Shown in pieces: positions 1 through 12,001 of a DNA stretch of 64,000 nt. Under the pieces are notes generated by a model. It was not told the origin of the DNA. It saw only the letters and a program-made list of their open reading frames with translations, and searched no databases. Position 1 is the stretch's first letter; each line of letters begins with the position of its first letter. Source of the stretch: Antedon mediterranea (Eukaryota > Animalia > Echinodermata); the NCBI RefSeq assembly GCF_964355755.1, contig NC_092673.1, positions 33,229,648 through 33,293,647 on the forward strand. Direction: 5' to 3'. Both the position numbers and the translations under genes were made by a program.

Positions 1-6
1 TTTAAG

Positions 7-116
7 GGGCGTGTTCTTCCAAGGATACAAATGTACCAGATGTAGAAAAGCTGCACACAAAGATTGTTTAACAAAAAAGATCATCATGGCATGTGTGCCA
101 AGAAGGCCCACTACAT
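7..116 (+). CDS. VAV: Vav exon, C1 zinc-finger C-terminal half
   Basis: AG at 5-6, GTGAGT at 117; GVFFQGYKCTRCRKAAHKDCLTKKIIMACVPRRPTT. Confidence 0.88.
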
Positions 117-3100
117 GTGAGTACAACTTTATTGTCTTTTAAATCATCGTGGTTTTCATTGTATACCATCATTGTAACAACGCTATTGTCCTTTTTATCA
201 TCATAATTGTCATTTATATTGTCATTTTTACATTGATTCATTTGTCATTATATATCATCAATGTAACAGCATTGTCATTTATCATCATTGTCATAGATTA
301 TCATTGTCCTTTATATATCACCATTGTCATCTCCATTGTCATTTGCATAATTGTCCTTTATATATCACCATTGTCATCTCCATTGTCATTTGCATAATTG
401 TCCTTTATATACATTATCATTGTCCTTTATATCATCATTGTCATCTCCATTGTCCTTTATATCATTATTGTCATACATTATCATTGTCCTTTATATCATC
501 ATTGTCATCTCCATTGTCCTTTATCATCATTGTCATACAATATCATTGTCATTTATATCATCATTGTCATCTCCATTGTCATTTATCATCATTGTCATAC
601 ATTATCATTGTCCTTTATATCATCATCAATGTCATCACCATTGTAATTTGCATAATTGTCATTTATCATCATTTTCATACAATATCATTGTCCTTTATAT
701 CATCATCAATGTCATCTCCGTTGTCATTTGCATAATTGACATTTATATCATCATACATTGTCGTTTTTATAAATTTTCAATGTATTTCTCTATTTTTCAT
801 GTTTTATAATTTGATGTTACAGCCTCCAAAAAGCCAGTAATAGATGTCGCTAAAGCTAGGAGTAATTACTCAGGACTTCCTCCACCTCCTGATAATCATA
901 CACCGGTGAAGTTTGATAAAGGTCACGTTCTTGAAATCTACGATAAAGTTGACGATTACTGGTGGATTGGATGCAATACGTCGACACTGCAAACTGGATA
1001 CATTCCCACAAAGTACCTGGTGAGTTCTTTTGGCGCAGCGTGTTAGTTCAAGTCCATGCTCATCGCATTACTTGTATCCTTTTCAATTTATCAAATGATT
1101 ATTTTGTTTCATACGCATCCAACAGCGAGTCGCTCGCCAATTACAGGACTATTTTATAATTTATCATGCTTATATAAAGTCTCATTTGAGGCTTAGGGAG
1201 TTGAAAAAGTTGTGAGTTACAACACGTTAACTACCAAGCTACAGCTACATAACTTGCCTTTGTCTTTTTCCACCATATACAATATATTTAAAAAAAAAAA
1301 AATGCTTTCCAAAATAAACGCCCCCTAAAAACTTTTCCGAAAGGGTAATACTGTAATGCTGACTAAATGAAAGCAACAGCTTAGCTCTGAGAGATAGTAT
1401 GTATGGGAAATTCAAGGGTTTTGATCATGCTACATATTGTTAGGGTGAAATTTTAAGTTAATTTATTTTTTATTTTATAGGAAAGGCCACAATATCAAGA
1501 AACAACCATCACACCAGGTAATTCAATAAGGCAGCCTGGCAGTCCACACCCACATCCTTCAAACCTGTTTGAATATAAATGGTTAGTATGTGTTTCGGTC
1601 ATTTTTCAATAAAATGTTCAAATAAAGTAAATATATAAATGAATTTTTTGTTGACCAATATTTGGGCAGTATGTGTGTCAAAGGTCAACAAAATGTTCAT
1701 AGAGTCATAATTTGTTTAAGGCCTTTAATACTTATCCCTGACCAAGTTCATGAAAAATGTACACTGCATAACACACATTGCCCTCAGCCTATAATAGTAG
1801 TTATAAATCTTGTGTTTTATTATTTTTAGGTTTGTTGGTACAATGGAACGTGCAAGTGCTAATGAACAACTAAAAGATACATCTGATGGCTGTTTCTTAG
1901 TTCGTGAAAGGGGCGAAGGTGGTGGTTATGCTATTAGTATCAGGTGAGTTTTGGTACAGGACTTAGCTTGGTGGTAAATATTTTTGTTTGCAAATTCCAG
2001 GGCTTTGGACCATTCCTCCGTGTCTGTATGCGTATGGGTAAAACCTGTGTACTAAAGTACACATTCTGTGTAGCTTGACATCAATACCACACATTTTGTG
2101 TAATGCATTTCACTCCAATCTATCATTTCACTCATTTAATAAATGCTGTGACTGATATATTTTAAACGGCAGTAGAAAACTTCATGGGGAGCCCTTTCTT
2201 TGGGACACCCCTATATAGTGGAAAATTTACTGTAAAATGAACAAAGTGCAATATATGTTTTAGCAATATAGTCAATCCGCATTCAGGGGACATCCCTATT
2301 AAGAAGACACCTTGTGGGTTCCAAAGTTGTCCCCTTAATAGAAGTTATCCTGAATTTACAACTATTTACAATTTTGTTTTAATTTTAGATATGACAATAC
2401 TGTTAAACATATGAAGGTGTTAGTAACAATAGACAGAATGTTCTATCTAGTTGAAGCCCATCCATTTGCAACACTTCCGGTAAGTTACCCTAAAAAAGAT
2501 ACCCTAAAAAAGTGCTTTGTAACTTGATTGCGGCTTAAGTGGTACACTGTTGTTAATGTACAGAATACAAAACAATAATAATTGCAGCGATTTATATTCT
2601 AGATAGCAATTTGACCCCCTGTCACACTTCATTGCTTGTAAGATCTAAAAGGTCATTGTTTGACTACAAAACATTGTCCTAAGACAACCTAGGCTAAGTT
2701 TACGGCTTTCGTTCTCTGGGGTGAAACCAATTTTTTGGAGGCCATAGACTCAATTTTGCATATATGGCTATGTATAGCAGTACACTATGACTTCTTTTAC
2801 AGCAACTGATAGAGTATTATCAAAAAAACACATTAGCACATGTATTTCAAGGTTTAGACAGCATCTTAAGTATACCAATACGAGAATATAACAAGCAATG
2901 TACAAGTAAGTATGCATTTTTATATAATTTTCCTTTATTTTTCTATTTTATTTTACAATTTGTGTTTATATCCTCTCCATATCTGTCGGTGTCAATCTCT
3001 TAAGCACCAATGCTTTATAATTGTTTACTTATTATTATATTATTAATTGTGACCTTATTTATTTAGCGATAATTTCTATGTTGCAAATAAGTCTAAATAA

Positions 3101-6100
3101 ATGTACCTATACAATACAAACCTTTCATTAATGTAATGTTTTAACTTATCAGTTTCTCTTTGCCATAATACTCATGGCTACTTTTTCAAGTGTTATGTGT
3201 TTAAATTAACTTAAAAATTATTTGCTGCTATAAGGCCATTAGAAAGTTTGTTAGATGTACTACCGTGATTTGAGCATGCATCGGATTGTCGCCCAGGGCT
3301 GCTACGTCCGCCCATGGCTGCTACCCTATCCTCAAAAAGTGTATTTACTGCCTAAATTATAACCAATACTTTTTTTTAAACATTTGCACTAATATTCCAG
3401 GCACATTGGCCTTTACACAAACATACCTCATATAATACACTAATTACAATATTTAATTAATTCATTCATTTCCATTGTCTAAACGATTCATTTCAAAGGA
3501 GAATTTATTTTGTGTCATCATTTTTGTGTAAAAAAGTTTAATTGGTTGGTGAAGCTAAACTTTGGTTTCTAATAAAGACGCGCAACACAAGGACGTAAAC
3601 GCAATGTAAGCGAATTGACCAATGAAGACCAGCACATAGCTTGTGATTGGTCAAATCATTTACATCCTTTGTTGCGTCTCTAGTGGAAACCAAAAATAAG
3701 TAACAACAAATTGGGATCATTTGGTTAATAAATTAACAAAGGAAAAATAATGGGTTGTTTTTTATCTTTTATTTTACTTTTTTTAAGAAAATGCTTAACA
3801 ATGCAATAAGAAAAATGTCCACATGAATTAGACACTACGCTCGCGCTAACCGCTCGCCAATTCGCCAATGGCGACTGAAGTCTCCATTTGGCGAAAATAA
3901 TTATTGCCTCGTTCGCCAAATTGGCGAAAATACATTTCCAAGCCTAGGCCTAGCCTGGTCGGCGTGACTTCTTATGGGAGCGAGAATTCGCCACACTTCG
4001 GTACTTTCTGACTCGGGTACACTTTTTACCACCACAGAATTTTATGTGACGACGACGTCACGATCGCCGTGTTCATTTTTTTAGCTCTGTTTAAACATGC
4101 GCAGAATTGAGTAACTAAGAAACAGCGTATACTGCAACGGCAACCCTGGCCAAAGCGCGTTTCGGCCGCCTACATAAAATGGGTTACGGCCGCTGCATAG
4201 CAAATTCAAAGCTTCTTAAATTTCTGTGGTACATTTCTTGTTTTATATAATAGATTGATAAATATTCCACTTATTAAATAATTTAATAAATCGGTAAAAT
4301 TGACGTTTCGAAGCAAATATTCCATGATGAGAGGCGACATTTTTCGACATGCCTCGTCGTGTGCGGCGAAGATTAGTTCAGAAAATGGAACAGTCCACTG
4401 CGGGGGTTATCCAATCATTAATTAACGCGCTAATACATGCATACCATGTATATTGCCTGGGCGACGGTAATTTAGTAATATGCGGAGAACTGAATGCCCT
4501 GTAAGGAAAATGGTAATCACTGATATTTATGGTAGGGATTATTTTTTTCAGGGGTTGGTCTTGTTGGCCTCTTCGCACGAGGTCCACGCAAAGTCAAATA
4601 AAACGATGTGTTTTATCAAACAGAAATATAAATTAGCTTCAATTCAATACTAAATTAGCCAGATTTTGATAATCAGAAAGACTCAAAAAATCAATTTTTA
4701 TCGTTAAAATTTACATTTGAGGCGGATGTACATAATAATAATAACCGATTTACATATCAAAAGAGTATTTAAAGCCTGATAACATGCAACAAAAATTACT
4801 CCACCACCTATTATGGACCTTGTGCGATCGGGTGCGAAAATGGGTAGGTGTTTTCCAAAGTTATTTTTAGCGCGCGGATTTCGGCTCACCCCTCATTTTT
4901 AACTCGCGTTTTCTATTAAAATATTTAATAAACATAGATTATAAATATATAAAAATAATAAAGTTCTTTCCAGGCGTATAATTTTTATTCTCATGGGTAC
5001 ATAAGAAATAGTATATTTTTAACTTCAAAGACACGTCACTTTTTGAAATTTCACGAACGTGTTAAAATCGCGGTAACGAAAATCAGGTTCATTGGGATAC
5101 CTAATAATAATATAAATGTAAAAGAAATAAAATTTAAAAAAAATACATGCATTATTTATTTAATAAACATTTTTTCGAATTTTTATGGTTTTTTAAATTT
5201 GGCTAAAGGATTTTCAATTTGGCTAATGTTTCTCAAAACCTTTTGCCATTTTGGCGAACGAAAATTTGACCTTAGCGCGAGCGTAGAGACATAAAACAAG
5301 CATTTAAGTCAAATATTACAATTTATTTTGTTTCAGATTTGCTTTAACCAACAAATAAAATACTTTTTTATAATATATAATGTTTAAAAATAATACTGAT
5401 AAATTTGTTTCTGCTTTTATTTAAATGTATTCAGCATAAAAAAATTACTTAAATTAAATTATTAAACCAATAGTATGCATGAATAATTTTCCTTATTGCA
5501 TCTTATATTTCACCTTAGAATCCTGCATGTTAAGATGTTGTACCTTAAGCCTGGCACATATGAGAGCTAATTGACAGATATACAGTAGCACACTCAAAAC
5601 CAGAAAATTGCCAAAAGACGATAGGTTCTATGCATATACAAGATTTTGTGCATTGAAATTAGTTTTATAGTCCACTCGCAGTGAAAAATTACATATTTCT
5701 CTCACATGTTCTGCATTTACCAGGTACATGTAAAGTATCTTGTCTTCTGACAGTAACGTTAATCCCATATGAGATAATGTATGACGTCTTAATATACAGT
5801 AGCCTCTATTATCTATGTGTTATGTGAACGATTTTCTTACCGGAAACTTTTCAGCTGATTAGTTAGTGCGTCCTAGTTAGTAGACCATGGTTCAAAAGCT
5901 AGCATGGTCATTTTTTTTTTCAAATACTGCAGACGCAATACTGCCGGCTGTTTATACTCCTTAGACATAATACAGTATAATCGGCTGCTAAATAAATTTA
6001 CGGACGCACACTGCAAGAAAAGGGCTATTCACGCCGTATATCTCGCGTGTGCCAGGCTTTCGGAAGTATAAACATTTCGTGTTCATAATCGATGTTTGTT

Positions 6101-8841
6101 TCCTTACCTTTCCTGCATGTTGTAAATCAAGTTCATTACTGAACACTTCGTTTTGCAGCACCTCAAAGAAACCCGCTTTCTCCAAGGCATTCGGTTTGTA
6201 GTTCAACAAATAATCATACCACACCTCCTACGGACAATGGTATAACACATGCATGTATGTAATATTAGAATCCTTTTAAACCAGTTACAGTAGTTTATAA
6301 TGTGCATGTTATATTTTAAAAAATATTTAAATGTAAAAAATATGTGTGTATAAACATACACCACTTGAATATTCCTTCACAAAACATTGCATGCCTTGAA
6401 AACAAACTGCAATAAAGATACCTATACTGCATGAAAACACGATTATTTTTCCCATCCTTTTAAGGCTTCCTTTTAGTTCCAAGTCTACAATCAATATAAG
6501 GGAGCTATTTTCAATAGCCTAGGACTTGTTTCAATTGCACATTACGTCATTTGTCCAAGTCATCGTCCAGCTCTCTAAAATTGATTACAATTTTTGCGTA
6601 CATTTGTGTATCCATTTACACTAGTGTTTATTCTCGTGGTTTGTGTTGCACATGTTTTTGCTTCTGTCATATTCTTAATTTCACCATTCAAACAATCTAA
6701 TATACAATGACCTTTGTCATGGTTGCGCTAAGGCCAACTTGAACAGTGTTGTACGACGAGGCCCGAAAAAATTAGACATGTTTTAAGTTCTTCCGACGAC
6801 CTAATCTGAAGACGACTTGTCTCATCGAGATTCAACTCGGGCAGCACAGGCAAGTCCAGGCGTTTAATCGGGCCTCGTCATACGATGCTTTCTGAGTTGG
6901 CCTTTAAAATTATTAGTTCAGGTTTTTCTGTAAGACCTAAACTACAGCCACCTGCACTGCATACTAACTGCTTTTGCTTTGGTGTAGGGTTAACAATTAA
7001 TAATTATCATCGCCATCATAACTTACCATTACTTAAACCGCAATTCTATTGTCAGAGTTAATAAACAGGGCAGAAACGTATTTTAATTCATGTATTTTGA
7101 ATTATGTTTTTGAAAATTATTTAAAACGGATTAAGAAGAAAAAATGTACACAGATTATAAATTTTAAAAACATGGTTCTCATCAGATTACCAAAATTAGG
7201 CAAAGTTGGGCCTGGTAGAACTTGGGTGGGAAACTGTGTGGGAATATTGGGTACTTACCACATAGACCCTTCAAAGAGTGATATGCTATCTGGCTGCAGT
7301 AGCATGTCAGAGGCATGGATTTTCTGTGCCATAGTGACTGTATCCTCAGGCAAGATGCTTTACTCCATTGCCTCATCCTTCAGATGGGATGTAACGTTGT
7401 CAAACACATTAATTTGCATGTCCACAATGGAAAGACTGTGCATGTATTGTATTTATCAAACATGATGATACTCCGCTTTTATGCATGCATGAAAATAACT
7501 ATAAAATAAATTATATATAAATAAAATGTTTTTATATTAGACATAAAATATTGCCATAGTATTCACATATAAATGCTATGTACAATATTCATTGAAATAC
7601 AATACTTTTCTAAAACCAAATTATATAAGGTATTCATAGTACAGTAGTGCTATCATAAATACTGGGTAATACAGTATTTGTACATTCACACATTCTGTAG
7701 ATCTAGAAGCAGTGGCATAGTACAAGATTTATACACAGTAGTGCAATAGTACAGTATTCTACATTACATTGACATACAGTATTCTACATTGCATTGACAT
7801 ACAGTAGTACAGTATTCTACATTGCATTGACATACAGTATTCTACATTGCATTGACATACAGTATTCTACATTGCATTGACATACAGTATTCTACATTGT
7901 ATTGACATACAGTATTCTACATTACATTGACATACAGTATTCTACATTGCATTGACATATAGTAGTACAGTATTCTACATTATAAGTGTTTTCTTACCAT
8001 TTGATTAGTTGTTTTGAATTATGTGCCATGCGTTATTTGTATACTATTGCATGGTAAAAGGTACTAGGGGAACATTCAGACTAAACAATTTAAGGTTCGG
8101 ATTAATTGAATAAAAGTGAATTTAAAAATTATGAGGTAGATAATATACAGATTTTGAATAAGTATATTAAATGTATTCCTTTTGTAATATATGTTATTAC
8201 TTACAGCTCAAAAAAATGTGGTAAGCTACGGAACAGCACTTTATGACTTCTCAGCCCGTGGAATAAGAGAGCTGTCACTAAAAACTGGCCAGACAGTTGC
8301 AATTATTAGCAAGGCAGGTGGACACAGGGGATGGTGGAAAGGAAGGGTTGGAGATAAGGTAATGTAATATAGCGCCACCCCCCCCCCCCCCCCCCAGTGT
8401 TATCCTCCTCCCCCCCCCCCACCCCCAATAAATAAACTTAAATCATCTCAATGTACAAGATAGAATATTAGGTTAAGTACAGCGTTATTTGTACTGTGAC
8501 ACAATAGTCTTAAAGGACGAGAAAGGAAGAATAAACAAAGGGTGATAACTGCAGATGTCCACTGTTTGCTCTGATGGTTTTCAATCATGGAATCTGAACT
8601 CCTAGCCTCAAACTCTTTAAACATGCATATTTTTAGAAAGATGTTTTCTTTCTTTTAGATAGTCAAACCCAATGTTTACTGCAGTGACTTCTACATTATT
8701 GCAGTAAAAGTGTAAAAATTCTGATCTCTTAATAAAATAGAATTCAGCAATGTCTACATTTAAGCGTGTTGCTTATATTCTGTGTTTTTTTTTTTCCAGG
8801 AGGGTTATTTTCCATCAACATATGTGCAGGAGGAAGACTGA
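7..8841 (+). CDS. VAV: Vav-family Rho/Rac guanine nucleotide exchange factor, 3' portion (5' end outside window). Exons: 7-116, 823-1019, 1481-1581, 1830-1943, 2389-2479, 2803-2905, 8207-8358, 8800-8841
   Basis: All introns are GT-AG and phases join in frame. Translation gives C1 end (GVFFQGYKCTRCRKAAHKDC), nSH3 (NYSGLPPPP...YWWIGCNTSTLQTGYIP), SH2 (WFVGTMER...GCFLVRER...VKHMKV...LIEYYQKNTL) and cSH3 (ALYDFSARGIRELSL...GWWKG...GYFPSTYVQEED*). The order C1-SH3-SH2-SH3 is diagnostic of Vav. Confidence 0.95.
145..765. repeat. Degenerate tandem/low-complexity repeat (ATCATCATTGTC / ATTGTCCTTTAT units) in Vav intron
   Basis: Visible recurring units; source of the spurious ORFs at 149-809. Confidence 0.9.
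823..1019 (+). CDS. VAV: Vav exon, N-terminal SH3
   Basis: ttacAG acceptor, GTGAGT donor; SKKPVIDVAKARSNYSGLPPPPDNHTPVKFDKGHVLEIYDKVDDYWWIGCNTSTLQTGYIPTKYL. Confidence 0.92.
1165..1250 (-). mobile_element. Internally deleted copy of the tRNA-derived SINE also seen at 61350-61459
   Basis: Shares TCTCATTTGAGGCTTAGGGAGT and TTAAC..CAAGCTACAGCT with the 61.4 kb copy. Confidence 0.6.
1481..1581 (+). CDS. VAV: Vav exon, SH3-SH2 linker
   Basis: Polypyrimidine-TAG acceptor, GTTAGT donor; ERPQYQETT...NLFEYKW. Confidence 0.88.
1830..1943 (+). CDS. VAV: Vav exon, SH2 (FLVRE motif)
   Basis: FVGTMERASANEQLKDTSDGCFLVRERGEGGGYAISIR; GTGAGT donor. Confidence 0.93.
2389..2479 (+). CDS. VAV: Vav exon, SH2
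   Basis: YDNTVKHMKVLVTIDRMFYLVEAHPFATLP; GTAAGT donor. Confidence 0.92.
2803..2905 (+). CDS. VAV: Vav exon, SH2 C-terminus
   Basis: QLIEYYQKNTLAHVFQGLDSILSIPIREYNKQCT; GTAAGT donor. Confidence 0.92.
3835..5286. mobile_element. Non-autonomous DNA transposon, 1452 bp, 15-bp perfect TIR, 5-bp TSD
   Basis: CTACGCTCGCGCTAA (3835-3849) and TTAGCGCGAGCGTAG (5272-5286); AGACA on both flanks (3830-3834, 5287-5291); subterminal TTGGCGAA/TTCGCCAA repeats; no transposase ORF. Confidence 0.85.
5514..7440 (-). pseudogene. Candidate nested antisense spliced gene or relic of unknown product in Vav intron
   Basis: Exon-like blocks 6108-6227, 5721-5787 and 5514-5566 have AG/GT ends and compatible phases. 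Block ~7259-7437 has a GTAAGT donor and one in-frame TAA. Confidence 0.3.
6732..6902. mobile_element. MITE (PIF/Harbinger-like)
   Basis: Imperfect inverted ends GGCCAACT...GACGAGGCCCGA / TCGGGCCTCGTC...AGTTGGCC, TAA on left flank. Confidence 0.6.
7750..7981. repeat. 25-bp minisatellite TACAGTATTCTACATTGCATTGACA, ~9 copies
   Basis: Direct tandem copies with few variants. Confidence 0.9.
8207..8358 (+). CDS. VAV: Vav exon, C-terminal SH3
   Basis: QKNVVSYGTALYDFSARGIRELSLKTGQTVAIISKAGGHRGWWKGRVGDK. Confidence 0.93.
8800..8841 (+). CDS. VAV: Vav last coding exon
   Basis: Long T tract then CAG; EGYFPSTYVQEED followed by TGA. Confidence 0.92.
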   Translation, partial: EGYFPSTYVQEED

Positions 8842-9324
8842 TGGAAGCATTGAATTTATATTAAAGACCAAAATATTTGACTCTTTTGAGACCAGCAAAC
8901 ATATCGATCAATGTGCATATCAGACTGCCCTTGTTAACTCTCCTTATCGACCAATCAAAGTTTCTTAAATTCCATTCCTTTTATCTGGCTATTGTGTTGT
9001 CATTCTTCTGATATGATTCCTAACCAGAATAAACAAAAGCAGAAGACTGCAACTAACCAAACATTACGCACATAATATTGTAGTCAAATCATGAACCTAC
9101 CGTATCATCACTAAATTAGCCATAATAATCATTGACACTTTATTTTTTAGTTTCAACAGTGCATAGGTATGTAGTTAACGATATGTAATCAGGTGTATCC
9201 CATAATGCAAAGTGAACTTTATTGTTAGAAGAGCATGAATTATGAAATGAAAGAATTATTGGGATTCACAATATCTGTTTCAACATAAAACCAATATGAT
9301 TATTCATAATTATACAAGAATAAT

Positions 9325-9497
9325 AGTAGAATCCCTCCTTTGGGCACCCCTATTCGGGGGACACATCTATTAAGAGGTATTCAGAGGACAAGAGGAATAT
9401 ATATTAACACAATGGCCAGCCCCTATTCATGGGACATCCCTATTAAGAGAACACTTTGTTTGGTCATGAGGGTGTCTCTTTAATAGGAACTCTACTC
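9325..9497. mobile_element. Dispersed Tc1/mariner-like MITE family (CAGTAGAAC...GTTCTACTG); other copies at ~2170-2350, 38842-38979, 62898-63012, fragments near 13015, 17535, 34940
   Basis: Shared GGGGACAC/CTATTAAG internal repeats and inverted CAGTAGAA termini, TA at some ends. Confidence 0.65.
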
Positions 9498-10976
9498 AAA
9501 TATCTTATATTGACCATTATTCCAGTAAATACATCAACTAGCCTAAATCATTAAGTCATTTTTATTTCAGTAAAACCAAACGTAGCATCTTTAGATTTAG
9601 AAGCAACCATAGTCCCACCAAATATATTTATAATTTTCTTGTTTTTAAAAAATATAATTATTGTTTTGATAATATTGTTTGTAGTTTGCATGTAAACATT
9701 CAAAATAACTATTTTTATGTTGATTTTGTGGATATATATATATTTGTTGTAGTTATACTTTTTATAATGGTTAATTTTATTGTAGTTACTGATAATTAAT
9801 TATTCTATGCAAATGATTTTGTACCAAAAAAACAATAAAACCCACATGAGTAATATGTAGTCAGCTTAAAAAAAAAATAATATTATGATTATGACTTGAT
9901 AGGAAATTATATATACTGTAAATGATAAGTTTAATATGTCTCTGCACTTATTTCATCAATTTTTTTCTTCACATGGGTGGGCTCTGTTTACGAAGGCCCT
10001 AATGTGACTAGGATTACATAATAATGTATCTTTAGATTTAGAAAGTAGAACAAATTAATTAATTCATAACTTAATAGGAAAAAGCTGGTAGTTTTCTTGA
10101 TTTTTTTCTTTTTACAGAACATCACAAATCATATCAAGACAATTAATCATTTATTTCTTTGGTAATCTTTAATATATTCATAAACACAATTAGGCAAAAT
10201 ATTGTTATTATTACATAAGTATGGTATGTTATTCAACTTTGTTATTATTATTTAGAATAATTATGGTTTTTCTTCAAAAGCAATTATTTACTTAACATAA
10301 AAATACTTCTATTCTATCATATACTTTGTTTGTCACAATTGGCCTCCATATTGAATTATTTAACTTTGTCATAATATTATGAATATACATTTGTAAATTA
10401 TTAAAATCATTAGGTTTGGTCTGAGAAGCGAATATATTTACGTAATATGGTCTAATATTGTCTGGCATTAAGTATTTGTCACAATTGGCCTTCCATATTG
10501 AAGTATTTAACTTTATCATAATTATATAAATATGAATATAAATTTGTAAATTATTGTATATTTGACATGGGTGAGATTGTGCTTGATTTTCATAGAAGAT
10601 CCAGCTAAGTAAATAATGAACTAACCTTCAGGATTATAAGTTTAAAGGCTGGCTCCGGGTATAGATATATATAACAACATTGATAACTCCTACCTTATAG
10701 CATAAAAAAGTCTTGCAGCACAACTTTTTTTTTTAAAGGGACTTTTTTAACGATGCTCGTTCTGGTTTTTTCCAACTGACTACAAAATATGTGGGGCTAT
10801 TATCAATGTTGTTGCAATTATTTAAGTTGTATAATAAACCATAGACATTTTAAACTTGGAGCCCCCTTTAATTGTTATCAGCAGCTGTATGTTAAATGAA
10901 CACAATTCCTAGCTTACAAACCATTTATAATTATAAATATATCTATACTATTTAGCTGTTACTGTTACTCACTGTG

Positions 10977-11240
10977 TCACAATACCACGTATCTCACAAT
11001 ACCACGTATCTCACAATACCACGTATCTCCCAATACCACGTATCTCACAATACCACGTATCTCACAATACCACGTATCTCACAATACCACGTATCTCACA
11101 ATACCACGTATCTCACAATACCACGTATCTCACAATACCACGTATCTCACAATACCACGTATCTCACAATACCACGTATCTCACAATACCACGTATCTCA
11201 CAATACCACGTATCTCACAATACCACGTATCTCACAATAC
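10977..11240. repeat. 17-bp minisatellite TCACAATACCACGTATC, ~15 copies
   Basis: Nearly perfect tandem array; explains ORF 10974-11318. Confidence 0.95.
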
Positions 11241-11408
11241 AAAACCTCCCAAACTTCAGACTTTTCTCGAGGTCCAAAAGGTCTCAAATTATTTTCTAGG
11301 TTTTTAAACACATTCTAAATACCAGACAGATTATAATATCAGTTATATGTAACGATATGTCTTTTGACAACAAAAAATGTGTTGCATATGGTACTGTGTC
11401 AGGCATAA

Positions 11409-11568
11409 AGTTCTGTCTACACTATCAAACTAGTTTGACAAAAAAGTGTGATGTGCCTAAATATGGTAGTGATATACTTAAATATGGTAGTGATATGACA
11501 TCATAATGTCCATATATGGTCACATTACATTTTTTTTTCACATAAAGTTTGACAGTGTGGACAGAGCT
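11409..11568. mobile_element. ~160-bp MITE (TIR AGCTCTGTCTACACTATCAAACT-like); further copies at 59483-59624 and partial at ~28340-28420
   Basis: Inverted ends AGTTCTGTCTACACTATCAAACT / AGTTTGACAGTGTGGACAGAGCT, TAA-type flanks, shared core ATGTCCATATATGG. Confidence 0.8.
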
Positions 11569-11988
11569 TAACATATTTCTTGATGTCTATTTTCATCATT
11601 AAAGGGAGTCATGTGATAATGTGATGTCATCAAATTAAGTCTACATAGTTTAGAACATTAAACAGTAATATGTATTCATACAGCGTGTAATGCTATGTTT
11701 TAATCATATTGTATGCTAATAATCCAAGCTTGCACCGTCTTTCAAATCAAAGTCCAGACATTTTTTGTTGCCTTTCATAAATTAGCTATACACATGTATT
11801 AATTTATTCTTTTTTTTTACAATTAAATGTTATGTAAAGCATAAATATACTTACTGATATCATTTCAGGTCACTTCATATTTTAAATTGATTTTACATTT
11901 TTGATTAGATTAGAAAATTAGAAAATACTAATGATAATTTATTGTTTCCCTCAATATTAATACAAGTTTGGTGTACCAGGGTTCTGGT

Positions 11989-12001
11989 CCAGGGGGCGCT
12001 A
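11989..12001 (+). promoter_or_regulatory. Candidate CTCF-binding motif
   Basis: CCAGGGGGCGCTA matches the CTCF consensus core; lies between Vav and SURF4 in AT-rich DNA. Confidence 0.4.

Noticed and set aside
149-809. Four overlapping 82-152 aa ORFs
   Set aside because: Translations of a low-complexity intronic repeat; no protein signature.
7049-7465. 138-aa plus-strand ORF in the Vav intron
   Set aside because: No Vav-like content, and the flanking Vav exons join in frame without it; the minus-strand reading has the better splice signals.
8377-8426. Poly-C tracts (possible G-quadruplex on minus)
   Set aside because: Simple homopolymers of uncertain assembled length; no supporting context.
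10974-11318. 114-aa ORF and CRISPR-like regularity
   Set aside because: 17-bp head-to-tail minisatellite with no unique spacers and no cas genes; eukaryotic context.
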